From contig NW_002060952.1 in the NCBI RefSeq assembly GCF_000150275.1, positions 208,482 to 272,481 of the forward strand: a stretch of 64,000 nt of DNA, given 5' to 3'. The translations under genes and the position numbers were made by a program. This document shows, piece by piece, positions 14,341 through 25,362 of this stretch (the stretch's first letter is position 1; each line of letters opens with the position of its first letter). Source of the stretch: Trichoplax adhaerens (taxonomy: Eukaryota > Animalia > Placozoa). The notes beneath the pieces were generated by a model that was not told where the DNA came from, did no database searches, and saw nothing but the letters and a program-made list of their open reading frames with translations.

Positions 14341-15066
14341 GATTAAAGGCAGGTAGTTTACTGGTAGATTGTTATCCAAGAAAAAGCTCTAACCTCTACA
14401 TTTGAGTTGATATAATGTGCTTACAATTAAAATCTTCTTCTAACACTGCATCGAGTATAGTAGTAATTAGCTGTGTTAATGTAATATTTTGTCTCTTTGT
14501 TATTGTTAAGTGAAGCGAAGAAGTGCAGTTTTGCAAGTTTTGAATTGGTGCTTACTGTCAGTGATCCACTGTACTACAACTATAAGCATTTCTAGCCATA
14601 GTCTACCATCTATTCATTGACTGAAATTGTCGCTCAGGCTGCAGTAGATGCTCATTGCTCTCTACTTCATTTCAAGCTACGCTGTTGATTTCTAATTGTA
14701 AGCTAAAATAATTGACGATGTTGCCTACTGTTGTAGACCCATGCAAGGCTTGTAGCAGACATGTGCTTGGTAATAAACAGCACATCAATCTACCTTGAAA
14801 CGAGTCGGCACCGGATCGGATCGTGCCGCTCTTGATCATCATTTGTCATTGCAGGGTATTCTGTGTCTTAATAATCAACTTCAATACTATAGAGATGCAG
14901 TATTAAAAGTACTCGACTTACCGATAATTCTAATCGCCAATAGATCATTCAATTTCAACGTTGGAGTTTGTTTTCCAGCAATCACTACAGCTAGCGGACT
15001 TGGCTTTAGCCTTTAGCTTCCTTTTTGTTGTGGACTTGGTCAGCTGAACTGTCACTTGTACTGCAC

Positions 15067-15097
15067 ACGTCACTTCCAGGCGTGTCAATATGCAAAT
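15067..15097. promoter_or_regulatory. Candidate CHEK2 promoter elements: overlapping ETS/CRE-half site and octamer
   Basis: GGAAGTGACGT on the - strand (15067-15077) and ATGCAAAT (15090-15097), just upstream of putative 5'UTR exons (minus-strand donors near 14920 and 14794). Confidence 0.4.
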
Positions 15098-15104
15098 TGA
15101 GGCG

Positions 15105-15820
15105 GTGTACACTGTACAGTAAGCCGGAATGGACCGCTGTACAGTACACAGTATTGTACTGTACTGTACAGTACTGTACCATAGTAAAAGAAGTAGTTAA
15201 GTACTGTAGCTTAGGACTGTAGCTGAGGACTATAGCTGAGGACTGTAACTCATAGTCCATACTGTACTTTACAGTACTGTGTACGGTGTCTGTACAAAAC
15301 GTACTGTACTCGAGTAGGTAATTTACCGACTGTGTTGTAGTGCGCTTGTGCAGTATTAGCAGACATCATTTCGGAATTACAGTTTTACACTGTAGACTTG
15401 ATTCAGCGAACTCGGTCCGTACTAGACCCGAACCGAACCATCGACAGGTGTATCCAGGATTCTAGGTTTATTTAGAAAGGCATTTTTTCTTCGATGTCGG
15501 TCTGCCGTTCCGGATGCGAAAAGCGCTCCCACTACCATGGATTCATGGAGTCTATGGACTACAAAACAGTGAATACAGTATGCTCTCATTTAGTCGGCCA
15601 TCACCGTGTTGTATATACGAGCATACAGTATACAACAGTACATTGCCCGTTGAATATTACGCAATGTACTGTATGTGCAGTACAGTATGTAGAAAAGTAT
15701 ATAACATAGTGTACTGTACCTATGCGATATAGAACATACAGTACAGTATACTGTACTGTATATACCGATATACATACTGTATAGTAGAACATATGCTGTA
15801 TACGCGTCCTTACAGTATTT
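15105..15820. repeat. TACAG/CTGTA palindromic low-complexity tract upstream of CHEK2
   Basis: e.g. GTACTGTACTGTACAGTACTGTAC at ~15156; interrupted by a GC-richer island at ~15400-15560. Confidence 0.85.
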
Positions 15821-15868
15821 CATATTTTATAACGAGTAATTAAACTGACGTTAAATTAACTTAATGAA

Positions 15869-16686
15869 TTGTAATAACTTCTTGCAACAAGCCTCACTCG
15901 CAATTGTATTACCTCAATAATGATATAATAAAAAAGAGATGTTGCATTTTACTTAGCTTGTAATAACTTCTTGCAACAAGCCTCACTCTCAATTTTACAC
16001 CTCAATAATGGTATAATAAAAAAGAGATGTTGCATTTCACTTGGCTTGTAATAACTTCTTGCAACAAGCCTCACTCGCAATTTTACACCTCAATAATGGT
16101 ATAACAAAAAAGAGATGTTGCATTTCACTTGGCTTGTAATAACTTCTTGCAACAAGCCTCACTCTCAATTTTATTACCTCAATAATAATATAATAAAAAA
16201 GAGATGTTGCATTTCACTTGGCTTGTAATAACTTCTTGCAACAAGCCTCACTCTCAATTTTATTACCTCAATAATGATATAATAAAAAAGAGATGTTGTA
16301 TTTTACTTAGCTTGTAATAACTTCTTGCAACAAGCCTCACTCGCAATTTTACACCTCAATAATGGTATAATAAAAAAGAGATGTTGCATTTCACTTGGCT
16401 TGTGATAACTTCTTGCAACAAGCCTCACTCTCAATTTTATTACCTCAATAATGGTATAATAAAAAAGAGATGTTGCATTTTACTTAGCTTATAATAACTT
16501 CTTGCAACAAGCCTCACTCGCAATTTTACACCTCAATAATGGTATAATAAAAAAGAGATGTTGCATTTCACTTGGCTTGTAATAACTTCTTGCAACAAGC
16601 CTCACTCGCAATTTTATTACCTCAATAATGATATAATAAAAAAGAGATGTTGTATTTTACTTGGCTTGTGTGCACTTCTTGCAACT
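15869..16686. repeat. Tandem array, 88-89 bp x ~9.2, highly homogeneous
   Basis: Unit TTGTAATAACTTCTTGCAACAAGCCTCACTC.CAATT...AAAAAAGAGATGTTGCATTT.ACTT.GC starts at ~15869, 15958, 16046, 16134, 16223, 16312, 16400, 16489, 16577, partial 16666. Confidence 0.97.
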
Positions 16687-17673
16687 CTTTAGAACCGAAC
16701 TGCAGTCTGCACACTCTCTTTTTTGTGACTCTTTGTCTTGGCGACACCCTGTTCATAATAAAATCTACCTACTGTATATCTTGACTAGTCACTAATAGAA
16801 TGCACACAGAGTTAGCTTAACATGCCAAATTTGAATACACCACCACACTAGTCAATCCCTCGCTTGTTATACTTTGCGCGGACCGACTGTACTGTACCTT
16901 TTACTAATAATAATTGTAATATTACATCATTCGATGAATAATCTCTTCTTAAATAATGGTAAGGTAAAAAGTACAAGTATATACAGTACGAAAATTCCTG
17001 CGGATTTTAATATAGAGCTTACAGAATACTGCCTACTGTATGCTAAGAATTCAGTTTATGTTGACTTAGAATGATAAAGTTGCACATTTAGTCTAAAATA
17101 CTATGGAGGCTGATCATTTTCCCAGTCATTCTATTCTACGCTACCAATGAAACTGTCTACCATGCAACATAAAACCAACCTAGCATTGACAGCTACCAGG
17201 CAGCCCATTTGCATGTCCATTACGGACAGGATAGTATACCGTTGTAGGCATGTAATACAGTTGGAAGGATCCGTAAAATGATCGGTGTTCGCATTTTGGT
17301 TAAGTGAACGACCATTTCCCGTCGCTCTCTTTCTTTTTAGTCGTTTCTGATGCTTCACAGCCTGCATTGAATCAATTTGAACTCAGTGTCGCCAATGTTA
17401 TGACTTTTATAATACGTTTCTTCTTTGCAGTAACTGCGACTATTGATTGTAACATGGCTGGCGCTGTACACGACAGTCATATCGTAGCTTGCTGCCTTGT
17501 ATTGTACGTGCTATGGAACTGGACTTTACAGCCTCGAATTGGACACGATTCATGTTTCCCACATAGAATGCTCTAGAGTTGGCAAAGCTGTCATTAACAG
17601 TAATATATACGGTATATAAACATATATCCTGTATTTTTTTTACACATGATGCCGATACTAAAACTGTTGTATA

Positions 17674-18176
17674 TACAAAGTGGCTTTGGAGTAACAAGTA
17701 GTGATGTGATGTGCAATCCTAATAAAGTGTACGTAATTAAGAACAAGAATAAAGTTTGAGATATTATGCATATCCCATTGGCCTTTTAGTCCTGCTATTA
17801 CAAAGTGGTTTTGGAGTAATAAGTCATGATGTGATGTGCAATCTTAATAAAGTGTACGTCATTAAGAACAAGAATAAAGTTTGAGATATTATGCATATCC
17901 CATTGGCCTTTTAGTCCTGCTATTACAAAGTAGTTTTGGAGTAATAAGCCATGATGTGATGTGCAATCTTAATAAAGTGTACGTCATTAAGAACAAAGAT
18001 TAAAGTTTAAGATATTATGCATATCCCATTGGCATTTTAGTCCTGCTATTACAAAGTGGTTTTGGAGTAATATGTCATGATGTGATGTGCAATCTTAATA
18101 AAGTGTACGTCATTAAGAACAAGAATAAAGTTTGAGATATTATGCATATCCAATTGGCCTTTTAGTCCTGCTATTA
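17674..18176. repeat. Tandem array, 125-126 bp x 4
   Basis: Unit TACAAAGTGGTTTTGGAGTAA...GGCCTTTTAGTCCTGCTAT starts at 17674, 17799, 17924, 18050. Confidence 0.97.
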
Positions 18177-18269
18177 GCATATTATTATTTTTCATCGTGC
18201 TGCGAAATGGCTGGTGTAATATTACAAAATGGTATAAAATGGCCAGTGTAATATTACGTAATCTATAAT

Positions 18270-18610
18270 CTACAACAGTACAGTACAGAACTGTACAGTA
18301 TTTTTCATTTTTCATACAGTAGAATTGTATTGTACAGCATGTTTACGTTCGCTTTAAAATATAAGAATTCTATTTAAATGCTATTATCAATATCAAAACT
18401 GTATTGATTTTATACTAGCATGAACCTTCATCTACCAGCACATATAATATTAAGTCATTTTAATTGCAATGAAGGAAGTCGATTTTTTTCATCGAAATTC
18501 TAAAACGAAGGTAAACATGCTGTACTGTACAGTACAGTACAGTGTACAGTACAGTACGTCACGTGCCACATGTACTGTACGGTCATGACTTCTGTACTGT
18601 ACAGTACTTA
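18270..18610. repeat. TACAG/CTGTA tract at the GST promoter, with E-box GTCACGTG at 18558-18565
   Basis: TGTACTGTACAGTACAGTACAGTGTACAGTACAGTAC at ~18521, followed by a probable 5'UTR exon ending in AG/GTAAGC at ~18690. Confidence 0.8.
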
Positions 18611-18806
18611 AGTTGCATCAAACCAACGCCCAGCTGCAGTTGAGAATTTGCGAAAATTCTAAGCGATCTTTCCTTGGAGAATTGATAAAGGTAAGCTGAT
18701 GGCTGATGACAGCCCATACCTAGTTAACATTTATATCAATTATCTCAATCGATCTGACGGTAATAAGTAGCTAAAATTGTTATAAAGTGACCTTTTGAGT
18801 AGTAAG

Positions 18807-18973
18807 CGTTGTGTTTCCACTCTTAGTCGTTAACGTTAGCTCGAGGGACTTTGATACACTCCTCCTAGTAAGCTTACTAAAAGACTCTTTTATTTAGGAT
18901 TTACTCATTTGCTGCATTGAAATAGTATAGCCGTAATGACGTATTCTACACTTATCTTAGTAATTCACTTACC
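18807..18973 (+). repeat. Dispersed ~160-bp repeat, copy 2, in the probable 5'UTR intron of GST
   Basis: Diverged same-orientation match to 4570-4728. Confidence 0.9.
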
Positions 18974-19098
18974 ATTTCATTGATATCAAGTCGACATAGT
19001 GAGACAGAGATGCGAGCCTGAATGATTCTGAAAACACTCTAATCATGACATCATGAATGTTTGCAATCATTTTTTAGACACCAACAAACCGGAAAACA

Positions 19099-21480
19099 AT
19101 GGATAAAGTTCTCTTTTATGTTGATCCTGTTTCGGAACCCTGCAGGTCTGTGCAAATGTTCCTGGATGCTACCAACATTCCCTATGAAGCTAAAATTATC
19201 AACTTACTAACCGGTAATAACACGCGTAGATTTGCTTTATCTCTTGATAAATAAATAAATAATTGTCAATGTCTTTTGACAGTAAATACAATAGTACAGT
19301 AGGGTGAACGACTGACTGGACCTTGTAGACCCCATGCTGTAATGACATGATATGACAATTGTGCTAGTTGCATTACAATAAAATTGATCATAGTTATGAT
19401 AGTGTGAGCAGTACAGAATTTGCTGGGAAAATGTTGTCAATCTCCTTATTGACAATATACAGTAGACGAGGACGCGTATTTGGCGTCTGTGTTGTTCCTG
19501 TAAAATATACACAGTAGTGATTAGACTCAAGATCCCTGATTTAGAATTTACTGATGCAGTAAATTATAGCGATGTAGTTCATAATCTAATGCATTTAAGT
19601 TGTGGCAACAACTTCCCGATCGGTAATATTCTTTGGCAGCTCATAATGCAATATTATAGTACTGTATAGCTAGATAAAAATCTGTTCGCCCTAGCGGTTC
19701 TAGGCAGCTGCTGCTTCTTGCTAACCAAGACTGTAGTAACAGTTGATCTACTGCTTACACGTTACGTGGATAATGTAATTGATAATAATAATAAGAATGA
19801 TAAATTACCGTGATGTTGTACTACAGTGAATTAAAATAGGAGTATGTCTGCAGTCTGTAGTAGATTATCTTGCTCTCTTTTATCGTTTACTGTTGTTATG
19901 GTGCGATGAACGGATCCAATGGTAAGCTTTCAGATCGAAATTCTAATCTAAAGGACTGATGACTATGGCGGTTTCGTCATGCACGATTATACTCCACCGT
20001 CATCTAGCATACGAGTACACTAACCCATCGTCGGTCGAGTATCATTTCAGTTTATAGAATTACATTGAAATTTGAAGAACAGTTTTATTGTAGTAGAATA
20101 TCGACATCCTGATCACACGATTTGATATTAACCATACACGATATACTGTACACTTACTGTAGAAGCATAGATTAATAACCTGTGTTAAAGTGTGATTTAT
20201 TACATTTTTTTACTTAAAGGTTAATAATCAATTACTAAACAAAAATTTTGACCTTGATTTAAATATTTGCAGCTGAACATCGTACAGACGAGTATAAGGC
20301 TATTAATCCAACTCAAACTGTACCAGCCATTGCTCATGGAGATCTTAAATTATTTGAAAGGTAATAAAGCTATAGGGCGTTTAAGGACTTGCCACTACCG
20401 GCACTAATAACACATAATCTTAGATCTTGTAGTATTGTTGGTTCTTCTACAACTGTTATCCAAAAGATAATTCTTCATATCTATTTTTAAGATAACCGGT
20501 AGAGATGAAAATCTTAGATTTCTTTTCCACTTAGCTACATTCCTGAAAGCCTTACTTTCTGCTCAATGTATATGCCACTTTTTAAAGACCCCTTTATTAA
20601 TAAACTAACCAAAGGATTCGTTGTCACAATCATGCTATATTTAATAGGCTTCAGTATAGTTCATTAGTTACTCCCGGTATAAAATTACATAATTCACAAA
20701 CATCACCTTACCGCAATCAGTCGATCATGTATGGGAATTGCATCTACGAAGATAACTATATATAGTTTTGATAAATGCTGTTAATAGTTGCATTATTTAT
20801 GGCTATCCAAATTAAAAAAGCTTCATTTTTTTGTTTACCTGTTAGCGTTGCTATTCTCATCTACTTGACTGACAAATTTTCTACACCTGATCATTGGTAT
20901 CCAAGCGATTTAAAGAAAAGAGCAAAGATAAATGAATACCTTCAGTGGCATCACATGAATACGAGATGGAAGGGTGGACTGCTTGTCATGCTGAAGTTTG
21001 TGAGTTAAAAGGGATAGATCCGAATTTATTAGTACAACATAATGTACTTTGTATAATATCGATTATGTGTACCTATTGTCTTGGTGTACGGGCAATGGCG
21101 ATGTTACTGAATTCTTAAATATCTCAATACATCCCAAGGTCTTCCTTCCCATGTTCCTCAAGGTGGAGGTCAGTGAAGAGGAACAAAATGCTGCCATCAC
21201 TGCTTTGAAGGAAACGTTAGATGTTTTCGAAAAGTGCTTTCTCAAAGACAACAAATTTATTGCTGGCGACGAAATCTCAATTGCCGATTTGATGGCTATC
21301 GGTGAACTTATCGCACCTGATGGCATTGGTATTTACGCTGGTAAGAATAGGCCAAAAGTTGAAGCATGGCATAACAGAGTTAAGGAAGCTCTTGGTTCGC
21401 ATTATGATGTAGCACATAAAACACTTTATGAGCTTGGTAGTACTTTAAAAAGTGGACTGTCAAAGTCGATTGATTACTGA
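19099..21480 (+). CDS. GSTT1: Glutathione S-transferase theta class, 4 coding exons (~19099-19213, 20273-20360, 20846-20994, 21139-21480)
   Basis: MDKVLFYVDPVSEPCRSVQMFL (theta-type catalytic Ser, SxPCR), INPTQTVPAI..GDLKLFESVAILIYL, PDHWYPSDLKKRAKINEYLQWHH, FLKDNKFIAGDEISIADLMAI. Co-ortholog of the GSTT family; the symbol is indicative only. Confidence 0.92.
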
Positions 21481-24400
21481 AACACTTGAATAGATTTTGG
21501 TTGGATTACCCTTGATGTTGTAGGCTTGCCGGATACCTAGTAGTCTTACAGTAGCATTAAATTACGCAATAAGTATTCAATGTAAGAGTAGAAAGATGCT
21601 AGATGATCCACTGTCTTGCTATTAGCGTGCGATGCTAAAAAATTTGGACTGAATAGGAGTTAATAGTTATAATTATTTTAATCTAAGCATAGTATATTGC
21701 CAAACTGTTTGACTTGTATCCAGCCTTTTTAACTGACGATGTATTTCTAAATAAAATACAATAACGGACAGATTTATAGTTCATTACCAAGTTACAATTC
21801 TAACACTCAATAATGAAAGGAGGTGAAATAACTGAACATGCAGAATTGCCATAGGCATCAAGATTAGCATTTGCTGTGCCGTTTAGAAAGCAGCTAACTC
21901 ATAATAATAACTGTTTGCTTTTTAGTTGGCAGTTATTCAAAGTTTTTTGTTTGGGTACCTTACATTTTCAATCATATTGCAAAATTGCTGCACGAAATGC
22001 ACTTATGGTCAACATTTCCTACATTTTTGATCGTATATTTATAAGTTTACACCGTTAACAGATTCATGTCCTCGCAAAAACGTGTACGGCATTTAGTGCT
22101 GCTGTTTCATCAGGTATCAATTTAAATTAATGTACACTAGCCACGTTTAACGTGATATTGTATAAATATACAAGATGATGATAGTCAGTGATGAATACGA
22201 TCATTCGCAATTACTATATTTACATTTAAAGTATCATACTTCACTAATGATTCAAAATTCTTTTTATTCCTGATAATCCGTTTTAACTCGAGGCAGTGAG
22301 CTAACACGCACACCACTGCTTCTATTACATAATGACATAATATTAGCTGAACTATAGATTTTTCTTCTTTCATTTCTAGTCTAGTCCTATACCCCGTCGT
22401 GTAACCGATAGATTGTGACTCATAACGTTAGTTTATATTACAGTTATTGTACTACTGTATTGCTAACAAATATTAACGTAAATATAAGTCATCGACTTGT
22501 GGTATTTATCAATTTGCCCATCGTGCATCTCCATAACAGATGATGATTATGCACTCTATGCCTGCATTTAGATTCGATTACCAATTATGTCCTTACACCC
22601 TGTCACCTTGCTTACGGATGACCATAGTAAATATCCCTATCTCTTCATATGAATTAGCGACACAGGGATTATATTCGGCTGTATACCTTAATTTTATACT
22701 AACTGATTTCATATTCAATGTCTTATTACAATCTCCTTCCACTCGCTTAATGTCACCATATTTACGTAAACTTTCCGCAATCATCATTTCATCTTTTCAC
22801 TTTTCAGCTATTTCTCGCGTTTTGTCAGTTAATTATTTGGCCTTCATGCATTCTTTTTGCTGTAAATATATGCCACTAAGAAGAAGGCAGCCATAATATT
22901 GAAGTCGGTTAGGATCAATAGCACTTGTAGACATCGCATGAATTTTACTGAAAACTCGTGTGCAATAAATAAGATACCGCCAGATTAACATTAAAGATAG
23001 ATGGAATACCCGTATTACAGCCTTTACTTTTAACGGGTTTATTCCTCGTAATTGAAGGATCGATAATTATAATTTATTCATAAATCTAATAAAAAATATG
23101 TAGTTCCGATATCAAGCAACATACGCGTATATAGTGAGCGTACTATACAATTCAACCTTGTAACTGTTTATTCGAGTAAAACGAAAATTGTGTTGACTAT
23201 TGCAACTTTGCAAGTAGCTTCCTTTACTGTAAAAATTTCAAATTTATTATCACTTAAGATTTAATTTTTCTTATGTTATTCTGTCGTACCGTGATTAAAC
23301 GTTGCAATAACAGTTTTAGGGCGTCAACAAGTAAAAGTTATTTTACTTGCAACCGCTCGTGATGCCAAAGTACAATCTTGTGATATAATATCTGTTACAG
23401 TGCGAAGTCTTTGCACTATAGTGTACTGTAAACCACCCTGAGACACTGACTGGCCTGACCATAGAGGTAAGAAAAAACTTCTATTGGCCTGACGAAAACT
23501 ACAGTATAGTACGGTTCATCTGATTTGCAAAAGTTATAGTTGTTGCTTATTTACTTTGTTATTTGTTTGTAAATAATTCTATTTGAGAGCCTTTACGTAA
23601 GCGTAAAGTCTTATTAGTTGAGCTAGTACTCGATGTATTTAATAAGCTAATGTTGATGACTTCTATAACTTGAATTAAGCTAATTTATCCGATAATGTCA
23701 TTTTAAATGATTCATAGCAAGCGATTACTACGAGATTAGAACTTTTATAGCATACCAATAAGAATAGTAGTTTTATGACTAAGAGAAGATTAGCATACTG
23801 TATATTAATTATTTCAAGAACATTTAGGTCTATATACCATATTCACTAAATGAAATAGGTAAAATGTTTTAGATAAAACTATATTTCAAATTTACAGATT
23901 GGATCCTATTTTAATATTTTTTGATTGTACTTTCATTTACATAAATAAGAGTTATTCAATGTTATTATATAGTATATTCCATTTTAAAAATCTATAATAT
24001 TCCTGTATCTAATGTCAAAACTAAGATAAGTGAATATTTTAGCGAGCATGAAATTATTAACTAGTATTGAATAAGTCAGGTTAGATCTACTATAACTTCT
24101 AGATAACAGCATTAATCTTTATGAGCGAGAGAAAATAAGTAAACAGAAAGATGACTATTAGAGTATTTAGGTCTATTTATGTGTATATACTGTACTGTAT
24201 ACTAATCGATGTATATTTATAGATACAATATTTTGATTTATATATTCGCTAAATAAAGTAGATGAAATTATTTTCTACCGAATTATACTTCGAATTTATA
24301 GATAAAATCTCTCCTACTGGTGCTTTTTGATAGCGTATGCATTTACGTATACCAGAAAGACTTAATCAAAGCTATGTTGAATTAACGTTATAAAAGTCTA

Positions 24401-24536
24401 CAATATCGCTAATGATGTAGCTAAATGTTTGTAAGACACGTTGATATTGTCCATTAGATATAAGCTTGTCAATTATTCAATATGGGAAATTTTAAATGTC
24501 ACTGGGACACATTAATATATTTAGTGAGATATAAAG

Positions 24537-24696
24537 GTATTCAATAAGGCCGGTTTAAATCTTGACAAGATACGCTAACACATTTAGCTAGGCATTAACT
24601 TATCAGGTATTAAATAAGGCGGTTTAAACGTCGATAAGATTTATTAACACATTCAGTTAGGCATAAACTTATCATGTATTTAATATAGCCGGTTTA
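24537..24696. repeat. Diverged tandem repeat, ~69 bp x 2.3
   Basis: GGTATT.AATAAGGC(C)GGTTTAAA...AACACATT.AG.TAGGCAT.AACTTATCA is repeated. Confidence 0.8.
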
Positions 24697-24879
24697 TTTT
24701 ATATTATATGAGTATATCCGTATGCGGTACTTATGAGATGTCGAGTTTAATAATACAGTATATCTATCTATAACGATTATTCTCATTATTGCTCTCAAGA
24801 AATGCGATTGGAGTAGAATTGAGCGAGCTGGATCGATTGCGGGTTTCGTCGTAAATACGCGTAAAAAAAGAAGAAAGTT

Positions 24880-25175
24880 GCACTACACTAGTCTACAGCA
24901 TGGCTACAGTAGAGATCCAAGAGTTGCGGGAAATTTAAACTATCCTCTCCTGAAGGTGTACAGTAAATGTAAACATAGCACAACACGTCAACACTACTGC
25001 TGCACTGTATGCTGCACCCAGTACTGGGTGCAGCATACAGTACAGTACGATCATAACGGCTAGACGTGCAGTCCAGTTCCTAGTTACTGTAGTACCAGTA
25101 CAGAACGGCCCGATATGGTACCGATCCGATACGGTCCGGTTGGGTGCGTTACGAGTGGTACGAGACCGATTTGAA
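24880..25175 (+). promoter_or_regulatory. ERCC6L promoter region: TACAG-type tract, CpG-rich pentamer stretch, candidate E2F and CHR sites
   Basis: GCGGGAAA+TTTAAA at 24926-24939; CAGTACAGTAC tracts at 25000-25105; CCGAT/CGGT repeats at 25106-25168; TTTGAA at 25170-25175. Confidence 0.45.
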
Positions 25176-25362
25176 AGCTGACCGTTAGAAGTATTAAGGA
25201 GTTCAAGTCACCTACTGTTCAAAAGCAGCATTTCAATGAACGACAGCAATCCAAGGAAGAAAATTCACATTTATTTGGCCAAGCTAAGTTAAAGAATTTG
25301 TAGTTGGAATCCTCAAGAATAAAACGACTATTAATTCAGTTGAGAAAGAAATTATTACTGTC

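Noticed and set aside
15400-15560. GC-rich island near an octamer motif, considered as an snRNA or tRNA gene
   Set aside because: No cloverleaf, A/B boxes, Sm-site context or recognisable match to a spliceosomal RNA.
15869-16686. Regularly spaced repeats resembling a CRISPR array
   Set aside because: Whole units are repeated with no unique spacers; the context is eukaryotic and there are no cas genes.
22185-22896. ORFs of 62-118 aa between GST and ERCC6L
   Set aside because: No recognisable domain or consistent exon chain; treated as intergenic.
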